A stretch of 64,000 bases of DNA from the human T2T-CHM13v2.0 reference genome, Homo sapiens: the NCBI RefSeq assembly GCF_009914755.1, contig NC_060926.1. One strand, given 5' to 3'. Both the position numbers and the translations under genes were made by a program. Positions 23,881-36,627 of this stretch are shown here, piece after piece (the first letter of the stretch is position 1; every line of letters starts with the position of its first letter). A model generated the notes under the pieces. It was not told the origin of the DNA. It was given only the letters and a program-made list of their open reading frames with translations, and made no database searches.

Positions 23881-26649
23881 GGTCCTCGTGGATCCGCCTT
23901 AGAAACACTATCTTGCAGGCGGCTCCAGCCACAGGGATCTTTACATCACCAGCACTGGTCTCCCCTTCCATAGCTTAACATAGTAGCTGCCTTTCCGGGC
24001 TTGCTTTATTTCCACCTTGCCTGTTAGTCTGATGCAGGACTCTTGGGCTCTTGGCTGTGATGGGAAGAAGGTTCTGGAAGCAGCACTGCAACTCTGAGCT
24101 GGCTAGATCTCAGAGTCAAAACCAGACGACACTGCCGGTGTCTTTTTCACTTCGCTGCAGTGGTCTTAGATTTAAAAGCCACACACATCAGAACTAGTTT
24201 CTGATGGAATCAACTCATTGAGTTGGAAAAATTATAATTTAACATTACATGGAATTTAAAGTCTCTATTACACATAGCGGATGCACAATCAAACACGGTT
24301 CATTCTTGCCTCCCCCTCTCCCCCGCCAACTCCCCCTCCTAAGTGATGGGGCAGACAGCACAAAGGGTTCTTGAGTTTTGAATGTTGGGAGTGTGTCTGG
24401 AAGCCTTGTTTTGTTTGCAGCAGTCGTGGCCGCACCTGCGGGCCCACACCTTGTGGGCAGTTTCTTGGTGCGCGAAAGGCGTAGTGCACCCAGGTGCAGG
24501 GCTCTGCCCTGGCGCCCTCCTGTGACAGTGCCGGGAGCGGCGGGGTGCGGGGCACCGCCAGCTGTGGTCTGTCCCGGTGACTGGTTTCTTCTGAGTGTCT
24601 CAGTTCTGCAAGCCATCGTAGCAATGGGTCCTGACCGTGTCTCTGAACTGTCTGGCAGGCGGGCAGTGTGTCACCCGCTTCCCTGGTGGTAAGTGCGGCC
24701 AGGAGGATGCGGCCTGTGGATCCTCCCCGGACCTGTGAGCAGCAAGCCTGGGACTGAATCTGTCTGCATCGTTAATCACCGATTTGCTATCTCTTCCTCC
24801 ACAGCATATCACTCCCTTTCCTCTGGAGGAAAAATGCCTCATGATCTAAAGCTGAAGGCATCTTTCATAATGAAGTGCTTCCTGTGCTGATTCATGCGTC
24901 CCCTTTGCCCTCGCGAGTCCCCTTTGACATCCTCCACACACAGAGCGCGACAGGAAACGCGTGTCCTCTGGTTAAGCCACGCTGACTTCCCTGAGGGTTT
25001 GGTACCACAGTTAGCACTTTTTGGATGAGGAAGATGAGGCTGAGAAGGGCGCCCAAACCGACCTCCCGGCTGCAGGAGTGTGCGGCCTGAAGGGAACCCC
25101 GGGGAACTGCGCAGGCTTTGGGAACCACGCAGGCCGGGTGCAGACGCAGCTGCCCTGCCAAGTAGCACGTGCTCCTGGGAGAAAGATTGCCCTGGGGGAG
25201 ACACTCAGCCCAGCCCTCAGGTGAACGGACCAGGCCACCAGGCCAGTGGGGCTGAGGGCGGGGAGCCCTGAAGAGGAGAAACCCCGGGATCAGATCTGCA
25301 TTTTGGGACTTCATGGCAGGGAGGGGCACGGGTAAAGACCCACACGGTGAGGTGGCTGCTGAATTATGGTCCTGAAGGTTGACACAGAGAAGCCAGGATG
25401 GGAACAGGGGCTGGAACTGACAGACTGGGATTGCGCAAGGAGAGTGAGGATGAGGGTGACGCACTCGAGGGTGTCCTCGGACCCCAGAACATGATATCCA
25501 AGCGCGGGGCTTCCACAGACAGCATGAGTGGGTTCTGTGCAGTGAGACTTTCAGGTCGGAGCCTAGGTGTGGGCGCGGAGGGGCAGCAAGGCCCTGGGGA
25601 CCCGGCCCTCCCTATCCTCACACACCGTGGTCCCCAGAAGCCTTTTGCTTCACGCCAGCTGCCCCAGGGTGCAGGATGGCCCCCGCCTTCCGAGGTCTTA
25701 GGTTTAGGAGGACACAGAACGGAAGGAGAAGGAGGGGCTCCTTCTGGGGGGACTCTTCCTTTTATTCTAGAAGCAGCGCCCTCCTCAGGGGCATTGGCGT
25801 AAAAATCATTGGCTAGGCTATTTCACGGCCACCTCACTCCGCCAAGCCCTAGGCAAACGGGAATCTTTACCCGGCCATATTGTGATTCCGAAGCAGCTTG
25901 GAATTCTGTCATTAAAGAGACACAAGAAGGAATTCTGTATAACTGGCCGTGTCGGCTCCTGGGGAGGCCACGTTGGCTCGGGCTAAGTGTTCAAGATGGT
26001 GTGGTGCAGTGAGTCAGGGGCCCTGACCGGGACCACCCGTAAGTTAAGTGGGGCGTGTGGTCTTCAGGGCGCACAGGTGGAGATGCCACTACATGGTCGC
26101 ATGTGGGTGTCCACAGTGCAAGAGAGGCCCTGGGCCAGAAACCCAGCCCTAGGCTGTGCCTGTCCCCTGGCCATCTCTGGCTCGCCCTCCCTCCTGCCTT
26201 TTCTCTGTCCCTGGGGATGGTTTGCAGGCTCAGACCGCATGTCTGGATTGGCAGTCTCATTCTGCAGGCTCTGCAGACCTAGAAGAACAAAATGCTACCA
26301 AAGGAAGGATGCAATTTATCCATACAGAGGCTAGTTTGGACATATGGGAGGAAGTCTGTAAGGGTAGTTGCTTGTCTCTTTTGGATTTCAAGGGCGAATG
26401 GAGCCCGGATGCTGGCAGCCCCTCCTGCCCAGCGCCTTGGTTCCCGGGGAATTGAGCCTTGGCTGCTGGCTCAGCCTCCTCTGAAACCAGCAGCCCAGGG
26501 TTGCCTTAGAAACATGGCCTGGTGTGGCAAAGCCTATCCCGGGGTCTTTCGTGTTTGTGTCCTTTGAAGCCTAATTTAATCGGTTCCAAATTCTAGAACA
26601 AGAGTTCTCTCAGGGTAGCTGCAGACGTGCTCCACCCTCATCCTCCCAC

Positions 26650-27600
26650 CCAGGAGAACCAGCGAGCTCTGGAGAGCCGCCTGCAGTTCTCCCTGGAGCC
26701 ACAAGATGGCGCCAGGCCGACCGTCAAGGCCGTGGAGCCGGGGAAGAGGGGAAACGCGGGATTCTGGAGTCCCCAGCCCCTGGCCGAATCGGCTTCTGGT
26801 GCGGCCGCGTTTGGGGCCGCGGCTCCACCCCCTCTGGCTGGCCAGTAGCCTTCATCATGGGGGACGTGAGCAGACCGAGTGAGAGCTGCCATTTTTCTGG
26901 GTGTGGGCGGACAGTTGTGCAGGCCCATGTTATAGACAGAGAGACTGAGGGCGAGAGGCGCCGCCCGCCCGGGGAGCCGACTGCGAAGTGCAGAGCCGTG
27001 GTCCCCCGAGGTGTCCGCGCGGCCGCCTCCGGGCGGGGGTCCCCGGGCGCCTTCAGGCCGGGTCTGCTGCGATGCGGCGCCATCCGCGTCCGGCTCCTGG
27101 GGCCTGCAGACCTTCCGGGCCACTCCTGGAACCGCGCCGAGACCCAGGCCAGGGTGCTGAGAGCCGCATGTCGCGGCCACCAGGGGTGTTCCTGAGGACT
27201 CCACCGGGCTCAGACGAGGCGTCAGGCGGGGACGGTGCGGATGAGCGCCTGTTGAGGCCGGGGCTGGCCAGGCAGGGACAGGGAGCACAGGGAGGACACA
27301 CAAAGCCGACAGCGTCAGGACGGATCTGGGGAGCAACGTTGCTGTCGCCGTGTGGACAGGACACCGACATTAGCGTGGCATTGCTGGGATGCGGTGTCTC
27401 CTGGTGAAGGGAGGAGAGTCCGCGGTGGACAGAGCACCCAGCCCAGGAGAGCCTTGGACACCGCTGGGAGGCTCAGCCTGAGGGTAGCGTGGAGTGGCCA
27501 GAGGGTTTCCGCCGGGAGCAGGGGATACCTGGGCTTCTATTTCAATACTGTGCTAACCTGAAGCCCTGAATCCTCCCGGGCCGTCCCTGGAAACCCCGGT
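26650..27600. promoter_or_regulatory. CpG island (no adjacent recognisable coding exon)
   Basis: About 37 CpGs counted in 26941-27240; NotI sites at 26801 and 27019; GC box gggcgg 27031; YY1-like aagatggcg 26703-26711 and gccatttt 26888-26895. Confidence 0.88.
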
Positions 27601-27939
27601 CCATGCCCACACCTCCCTTTCTGACTCCTCATTTGTCTGTGCCAGGCACGCAGGACCCTAGTCACAGTTGTATTTGTCCCTGCACTTTCTCTGCAGAAAT
27701 AAGGTAGGCTCCTGGAAGTAGGGAGTCAAATGTGTCCTGTGCCTCTCTTAGGCTTCTGGGAACCCAGGCTTCCACATACAGTAGGCCTTTAGTTGTTGAC
27801 CGAAACAGATGCTAGATGCTGTTTGAATCTGCCATGATGGCGCACAGTTTTCCAAAACTCGTCCCTTAGGGCTGCAAAGCCCTGAAATGCAGCAGAGGAG
27901 AATCAGAGAGCTTAACTGGCGCAGCTCCCATCTTGAGCA

Positions 27940-28075
27940 CTGCCTTTGTAATTAAATGTCAATTATGATTCATTCAGAGGAAAATCAATTGTGCTACTTT
28001 CATAAACTTTTATTTGGTTATTGAAAGGCAAGATTTCTCTAATCAGTTTTTCATTAAGTCAGAGCTTGATTTGCA
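27940..28075. promoter_or_regulatory. Homeodomain motif cluster, candidate enhancer
   Basis: gtaattaaatgtcaattatgattcatt...tcaattg...cataaa...ctaatcag...cattaag in an AT-rich unique island. Confidence 0.5.
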
Positions 28076-28254
28076 ACTGGAAGCTTCCAAAGCCCTCCCG
28101 TCCCACTGCTGTCCCTCTTTGGCCTGAAGAATGTGACCGTTTGGGGTGTGACCCTAGGTTCATATTGCATCCGTGGGTTCCCACACAACCCTGTAGAGCA
28201 TCCAGACCCACTGCTGCCTCTTTCAGAGCCAGTGTAGACAAGGTCATCTTCAGA

Positions 28255-28385
28255 GCACTGAGCCTCAGTTTCCTCATCTGCTAAATGAAGGAAGTCTTTA
28301 AATGAGGTAGTGGATATGAAGATAAAAATGCCTGGCTCTGGGCCTCACAAATAGATGCTCAACAGATACTAGTTCCTTAGTAGAT
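28255..28385 (+). mobile_element. MIR fragment
   Basis: ctgagcctcagtttcctcatctgctaaatg core. Confidence 0.75.
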
Positions 28386-29445
28386 TTTAGTTTCCTTCCT
28401 GCATCCTTGATTTCTGCCTGGACTCTTCTACTTTAAGTGGGGCATTGTGCAGTTTATGGCCAAGAGCCCAGAATGTAGAACTTAGCACCTAGAACTTTGG
28501 TGCAGCAAGGCTGGGAGTCACACACCACCTCCCCAGCCCCAGCTTGTCCCCCACAGAGCAGGCCTGCATCTCTCCACCGACCTCGGAGCATTTCCTGGAA
28601 TCTGCTCCCCAGCTTATTGTGATTTCTAAACATTTACTTTAATGCTTGGATTAATTTTTCTGGTATGTGTGTGTGCACAGGCCTGCAAGTATGTATGTGT
28701 ACATGCAGGCATGTCTACTGCATGTTGATGCCCTGCCTCTGGAAAAAGTCTGGGGCACACACCATTGCACGTCAGGTAGGGGAGAATTGCCTGAAGGAGA
28801 GACGACCATTGCACCAGTGCAGGAGGACTTGGTGGCAGCCCTATTCCCTCTACTTGCTCCTGCTACGTATGAGTTCCCAGTACGTTTTAGCCAGCAGCCT
28901 GCTTTGCCGCCATCACTTGCTCCCTGTAGCCTGGGAAATGTTTGTGGCTAATTTTCAGCTGACCGGCAGACTCTGAAGAGGGTGGCCATGCTACTCAGTA
29001 GGAATACAGTCTCAAAAAGAGGGGGAGCAGGGCTGCCAGAGTGGGGTGAGGTCTTGCCAGACAAAGGAAAGAAAAGTGCACAGGAAGGAATCTGTGCAGC
29101 AGCTTTTCTTCAGGTAAGCCAGACTAATCCCTGAGATCTCAGGCTGAGGGACCAGCACTTTAGAAAACAAACTTGCAAGAGCTTAGTGATGGTTAATGTT
29201 GGCTTGTCCCACATTAGCTTGCTGAAGATGGGCATGTATATACCTCCTCTCATTGCCCACCCAGGACACCCCCAGACCTGGTCTCCCAGATTGCCTCTCT
29301 CCACCCCTCCAGTTTATAGTCTCCACCACCTCCTACTTGTGCCTGTTCCATTCTTGCAAGAGAAGTTTCTCAAAAGCCAGCTCTATAGCTACTCACTATT
29401 CATCACCAAATGTACTTCCCAAGAATAATAACTACACTTGTTGAG

Positions 29446-29847
29446 TGTGTTAGGCCATCCTTGCATTGCTATAAAGAAATACCTGGCTGGGTAAATTACA
29501 AAGAAAAGAGGTTTAATTGGCTCATGGATCTGCAGATGCAAGAAGCGTGGTACTGGCATCTGCTTCTGGTGAGGGCCTCAGTAAGCTTACAATCATGGTG
29601 GAGGGTGAAGGGGAAGCAGGTGTCTCACGTGGGAGAGTGGAAACAGGACAAAGAGATGGAGAGATGCCACACACTTTTAAAGAACCAGATCTCAGGAGAA
29701 CTCACTTGCTATTGTGAGGACAGCACCACGCCATTCATGAGGGATCTCTCCTTGTGACCCAAACACCTCCCCCTAGGGCCCATCTCCAACACTGAGGATT
29801 CCATTTCAACATGAGATTTAGAGGGGACACACATCTAAACCATATCA
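29446..29847 (-). mobile_element. MaLR solo LTR, MSTB-like
   Basis: tgtgttaggccatccttgcattgctataaagaaatacct...ggcatctgcttctggtgagggcctcag...aaaccatatca; TSD ttgag/ctgag. Confidence 0.92.
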
Positions 29848-31578
29848 CTGAGACTCTACATTTTTATGTACCCAAGAATTCTCTCTGGTTACAGAGCCAC
29901 ACGGCATGTGATGGAAAGGACATAGGCTCTGACATCATAGACGTGCAGGTACCATCCCATCTGTCATTGCCAGCGGGAGAGATCTTGAACAAAATGCACA
30001 ACTTCCTCATTGCTTATTTTCTTCTTCTCCAAGCCAAGGATTTAGATCAAGGTGAATAACCATAGGCACCAAGCTCCCCTCCTACATCCAATCACTGGAA
30101 ATTATAAAATGTATTTTGCAAAGAGACTAACTACATGACATTGATGGGAAACCAAAGGATGTCATCAGTGATACAGATGTTTTGATGAATGCCTATGGGA
30201 GAGAAGATAGTTAGAGCCAGATTACGGAAGAAAACTATGCATAAGAAGGCCCTAGTGTATACTTCTGAGATCTGGAGCAAATGTGGAGAATGTCTAGGAG
30301 CCCTTTAGCTAGGAATTCAAACAACAGATACAAGAAAGAGGAGAGAGCCTGGGAGTGCCATTGTGGTGAGCAGGCGAGGAAAGTGTGAAAGAAGCACTTA
30401 GGGGGATGGGGAATAATCTCTTTTCCCAGCAATTCTTGCCAAGTGGTGACAAGTCAGTCATTTGGCCCCCAGCAGGCCCGTGAGTGTGGGGGCTCTATCT
30501 TAAGAGGCAGGAGCTTTCCTGGAAGGCTGGGGACACTGGCACATCCTACTTGGAAGCATACCCCATTGCTGCCTTCATCCTCACCCTTCAACACCCTCCA
30601 TGATACTCTCCAAAGACAAGAGGGGAAAACTTACTAGACCACAAACAAATAAGACCTCAAGAGAAGTATGATTAATAACACTGGAGAGATCAGAGAAAAT
30701 ACTGCTTCCATGAAACAAGAACAGATACATATGAAAATAAATGATAAACTGATGGTTTTGGAAGTGAAAATTTAATAGATAGGATGAACAGTTGAATGGA
30801 CACAGCCGAAGAGCATTGGAATGACCTGGAGACTCGGCATAAGAAGTTTTGGAGACCAAAGCACAAAAGGACAGAAGGATGAAATATAATTTAAAAAAAT
30901 TTAAGAGCTAAGGAGGATGGATATAAATTTTCCAGTTGTAAAACATGGCTCAAAAAAAGAGCAAATGTTTTGTGACCTGTGCTCTGAGTGTGAAAGGGTG
31001 TGTAAAAAAGGTAAGCAGGAAGAAAAAACCCCACACTTGGAGACATCAGTGCGGAAATTCAAGCATGAAAAGAAAACCTTTAAAAAACATGAGAAAACTT
31101 AATCTCTAAAGGAATAAGAAATGAATTGAGGTATCCAACTTGTCCTTGGCAGTACTGGATTCAAGAAGATGTTGGAACAGTATCTCTAGAGTTTGAGCTG
31201 AGGACACTTATAACACTATCCTTGGCCAAACTCTCATTCAGCTGGAAGGACAAAACAAAAACAGTTTGACATGCAACTATGCGGAAAGTTTACCAGATTA
31301 AATTCTCTAGTAAAATGTGAAATGTATCCTGAGAAGACATGGCAATAAAGAAAGAATGGTAAGCAAAGAAGATATTAGAACTTAGAGTTCAGTATAAAAA
31401 ATAGTTGATTGCAAAATAACTTCTCATATAGAATGAAAAGGAGTTGATTTTCTCTAGATATTAATAGAACAAAATGTACAGTGTTAAAAATTTGTGTGAC
31501 TGCTAGAAAATAGAAATTGGGTGAATAAATTCTGAATCCCAAGAAAAGGAAAAATTTGACAAAGAAAATGGGTTTAAT

Positions 31579-31925
<347 letters not shown>

Positions 31926-31978
31926 GAAAATGGATTAAAGACAGGAATAAGAAATGGAAAAACAAGAAAAACTTGTTA

Positions 31979-32344
<366 letters not shown>

Positions 32345-33432
32345 TCATTTTTAATGTGAATAAGGTAACTTCCCTATTAATGGATACATACTATCAGATT
32401 GAAGTTTGCAAACAGCATACCTTACACAAAGTAACATGGCAAAAGTTGGAAATAATAAATTAGAAAAACTGTAGCAGAGAAATATTAACAAAAATAAAGG
32501 TGACATAACAATATCAGAGGAAAAATAATTCAAATTCCTAAGCGTGAAGATCTCCCTACTCCCTCTGTGCTGGGTGGCAGCCAGGGATAGGACAGGGAGC
32601 CAGGTCAGCTGCCATGAGGTGAACAGACAGCAGCTTACAGAAGCCACTGAGACCTAGCCCCATCACCCGCTACCCCAGGGCATCCCAGGTAAAAGGGGTA
32701 ATTTTACAAGAAGAAATAGGTGTCAGCAATTTATGCATTAAAAGCATAGCCTCGAGGTACATTCAGCAGAATGAGGTAGAAATACAAACTGTAAAGCTGT
32801 AATTACAAGGCATGACATTAATATATTTCACTCAGAAATGGACAAAAACATCAAAGACTGTTGAGGATTTAAAATAATACAGTAAGTTTTATCACACTTG
32901 TGTTTGTGTATTTGTGTAAACGGGATGTATATACATATATATTTTTTCAATAGATAATATATAGTATATCCTAAACCCACAGGCCAGTCACAAAATCGAA
33001 CATGTCGTAAGACTGAACACTAAGAAAATCTCAATATTTTCCAAAAATCAAAATCCAATAGGTTATTTTCCTTTACCATAATTCAATAAAATTAAACATT
33101 AACTGCAGAAAATGTCTAAAACTATATCTACTCTTGTGTTAAGGAAGACATGAAAATTAAAATTACAAATCAAATTTAGAGTTCATCCCATATCACAATT
33201 CCTGGGATGTAACTAAAGAAGAACTTAGAGGAAAAGATGTTGCCTTAACTATATTTATTAGAAAATAAGAAATACTGAAAATACAGTGTACACTCAACAG
33301 AAAAACTTGAAAAGTGAATAAGAAATGAAACCAATTATAGTAGAAAAAATAAAGTAATATAAAACAGAAATTAATAACATGGAAACAAATAAAAATTCTA
33401 ATGTTAATTAAAAACCAAAAAGCTGGTATGTT

Positions 33433-35527
33433 ATTTTTTGTTGTTTAACTTTTAAGTTTGGGGGTACATGTGCAGGATGTGCAAGTTTGTTATAAAGGTA
33501 AGTGTGTGTCATGGGGGTTGCTTGTATAGATTATTTCGTCACCCAGGTATTAAGCCTAGTGCCCATTAGTTATTTTTCCTGATCCTCTCTCTCCTCCCAA
33601 CCTCTACCCTCCAATAGGCCCCAGTGTATGTTGTTCCCCTCTTTGTGTTCATGTGTTCTCATCATTTAGCTCCCACTTATAAGTAAGAACGCATGATATC
33701 TGGTTTTCTGTTCCTGCATTAGTTTGCTAAGGATAATGGCCTCCAGGTCCATCTATGTCCCTGCAAAGGACATGTTCTCATTCGGTTTTATGGCTGCATA
33801 GTATTCCATGGTGTATATGTACCACATTTTCTTTATCTAGTCTATCATTGATGGACATTTGGGTTGATTTCGTGTCTTTGCTCTTGTGAATAGTGCTGCA
33901 ATGAACATACGCATGCATGTGTCTTTATGACAGAATGATTTATATTCCTTTGGGTATATACCCAGTAATGGGATTGCAGGTTTCAATGGTATTTCTGTCT
34001 TTAGGTCTTTGAGGAATCAGCATACTACCTTCCACAATGGTTGAACTAATTTCCACTACCATTGACAGCATATAAGCATTCCTTTTTCTCCACAACCTTG
34101 TCAGCATCTGCTACTTTTTGACTTTTTAATAATACGTTTTTGACATTTTAATAATAAGCCATTCTGACTGGCATGAGATGGTATCTCATTGTGGTTTTGA
34201 TTTGCATTTCTCTAATTATCAGTGATGTTGAGCTTTTTTTCATATGCTTGTTGGCCGCTTGTCTGTTCATATCCTTTGCTTGCTTTTTAATGGGGTTGTT
34301 TTTTTCTTGTAAATTTGTTTAAGTTCCTTATAGATGCTGGATATTAGACCTTTGTCAGATGTATAGTTTGCAAAAATTTTCTCCCATTCTGTAGGTTTTC
34401 TGTTTACTCTGTCAATAGTTTATTTTGCTGTGCAGAAGCTCTTTAGTTTAATTAGATCCTATTTGTCAACTTTTGTTTTTGTTGCAATTGCTTTTGGCAC
34501 CTTTGTCATGAAATCTTGGCCTGTGCTGATGTCCTGAATGATATTGCGTAGGTTGTCTTCCAGGGTTTTTAAGTATTTAATCCATCTTGAGTTAATGTTT
34601 GTATATGGTGTAAGGAAGGGGTCAAGTTTCAATCTTCTGCATATGGCTAGCCAGTCATCCCAGCATCATTTATTGAATAGGGCATCCTTTCCCCATTGCT
34701 TGTTTTTGTCAGGTTTGTCGAAGATCAGATAGTTGTAGGTGTGCGGTCTTATTTATAGGTTTTCTATTCTGTTCCATTGGTTCACGTATCTGTTCTTGTG
34801 CCAGTACCATGCTGTTTTGTTTACTCTAGCCCTGTAGCATATTTTGAAGTTAGGAAGTGTGATGCCTCCAGCTTTGTTCTTTTTGCTTAGGATTATCTTG
34901 GCTATTCAGGCTCTTTTTTCTGTTCATGTGAATTTTAAAATAATTTTTTCTAGTTCTGTGAAGAATGTCAATGGTAGTTTCTTGGGAATAGCATTGAATC
35001 TATAAATTGCTTTGGGCAGTGTAGCCATTTTCACAATATTGGTTCTTCTTATCCACGAGCATGGAATACTTTTCCATTTGTTTGTGTTGTCTCTGATTTC
35101 TTTGAGCAGTGTTTTGCAGTTCTCCTTGTAGAGATCTTTCACTTCCCTTGTTAGCTGTATTCGTAGGTATTTTATTCTTTGTGTGGCAATTGTGAATTGG
35201 AATTTTTTCACGATTTGGCTCTCAGCTTCCCTGTTGTTGATGTGTAGGAGTGCTAGTGAATTTTGCGCATTGATTTTGTATCCTGAGACTTTGCTAAAGT
35301 TGCTTATCAGCTTAAGAAGCCTTTAGGCTGAGAGGATAGAGTTTTCTAGATATAGGATCATGTCATCTGCAAACAGGGATAGTTTGACTTCCTCTCTTCC
35401 TTTTTGAATGCCGTTTATTTCTTTCTGTTGCCTGATTGCTCTGGCCAGAACTTCCAATACTATGCTGAATAGGAGTGGTGAGAGAGGGCATCCTTGTCTT
35501 GTGCAGGTTTTGAAGGGAATGCTTCCA
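33433..35527 (-). mobile_element. 5'-truncated L1PA (about L1PA13-15), about 2.1 kb
   Basis: 3' UTR ggggtacatgtgcaggatgtgc...; ORF2 fragment 34924-35211 ([20 protein letters not shown]...); TSD aaaagctg(g/a)tat(g/t)tt. Confidence 0.93.
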
Positions 35528-36225
35528 AAAGCTGATATTTTGACAATAATAGTTCAACTTCTTGGTTCTGATGAAAACAAAAAGAAATTCTAAGGACTAA
35601 TAATCTTCTTTATAAATGAGATAAGTGGCAGACTATAGATACAGGGGAGATTTAAAAACTTTCAAACATGTAAATCTTTATAGATTTACTTGAAAATAAT
35701 ATAATAGATAAACAGTTTTCCAGGAATATGAAATGACCAAAATTGAATTTAGCAACAATAGAAAACCCATCTATGAAATTTTCAAAGCAGTAAAAAAATG
35801 TATCCTTAAAAAAGCCAACATGTCTAGACAGTTTTATAGGGTATTTTAAAAAACCAAATCTATAAAAAGACAAACTGTATATTAATAAAAAGTCCCAGAG
35901 CATACAGCATAGAAAATGATGGAGAAGCTGCTCAATTTATTCCATGAAGCTGGAAAAACTCCTCCAATGAGGACAGGAAAAAAACCCACCACTTTAGAAC
36001 ATAGAGGCAAAAGTCTCCAATAACATATTGACAAGTTAGATCTGGCAGTGCATCCAGAGTGTATGTCACAACCAGGAAATAAATACCATGATATGTAATG
36101 TGTGGTATTTATTAAAGTCCCTGGCACAAAGTAAGTAATCAAGTCAGGTATTAGCATTCTAATCCTGAATAGATGGTTTTATATTGATGATAATTTTTAG
36201 ATAAGTCACCATATTAACTATTAAT

Positions 36226-36627
36226 TGAGAAACAAGATATATGATCACCTACATATTTGGCTGAAATATGCATTTATTAGGGGAACTTACAGACAGCTTC
36301 AGCGTCCCTGGGATGGATAGAAAGAAAAGAGAAGTTCATCCTGGGTATGTCCATAGCAAGGGTGAGGTTGTGGAGTCTATAAGAGGGCTTAAGGCATTTG
36401 GCTCAGGGCCAGGGCTAGTTTCTACATGTATAATAGCAACAGGGTTAGCCTCAGTGTTTTTGAGCACGGACCTCAACAGTTTTATCAGTGTCTGGGAATG
36501 TTCAAGGTCCCGGCTTGGGTGAAGCCTGCGGGGAAAACATGCAGCTGCCAGGGTCACAGAGCGGTCAAGGCACTCTGTGTTTCTCAGTCAGGACAGAGAA
36601 AAAGTGGGGAAACTGGGGGAGGCTACA
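36226..36627 (-). mobile_element. ERVL-class solo LTR (LTR47/MER54/MER73-like)
   Basis: Reverse strand: tgtagcctcccccagtttcccc...gagtgccttgaccgctctgtgacc...ccttgaacattccc...gttcccctaataaatgc...tctca (TG...CA ends, AATAAA). Confidence 0.7.

Noticed and set aside
26638-27336. 232-aa minus-strand ORF with a hydrophobic N-terminus in the CpG island
   Set aside because: TTG start, Pro/Ala/Gly/Arg-rich, several overlapping frames also open: expected in stop-poor GC-rich DNA; no recognisable domain
27680-27709. 7-nt microexon (ctgcag|aaataag|gtaggc)
   Set aside because: Lies in a probable L2 remnant, frame-shifting length, no supporting coding exons
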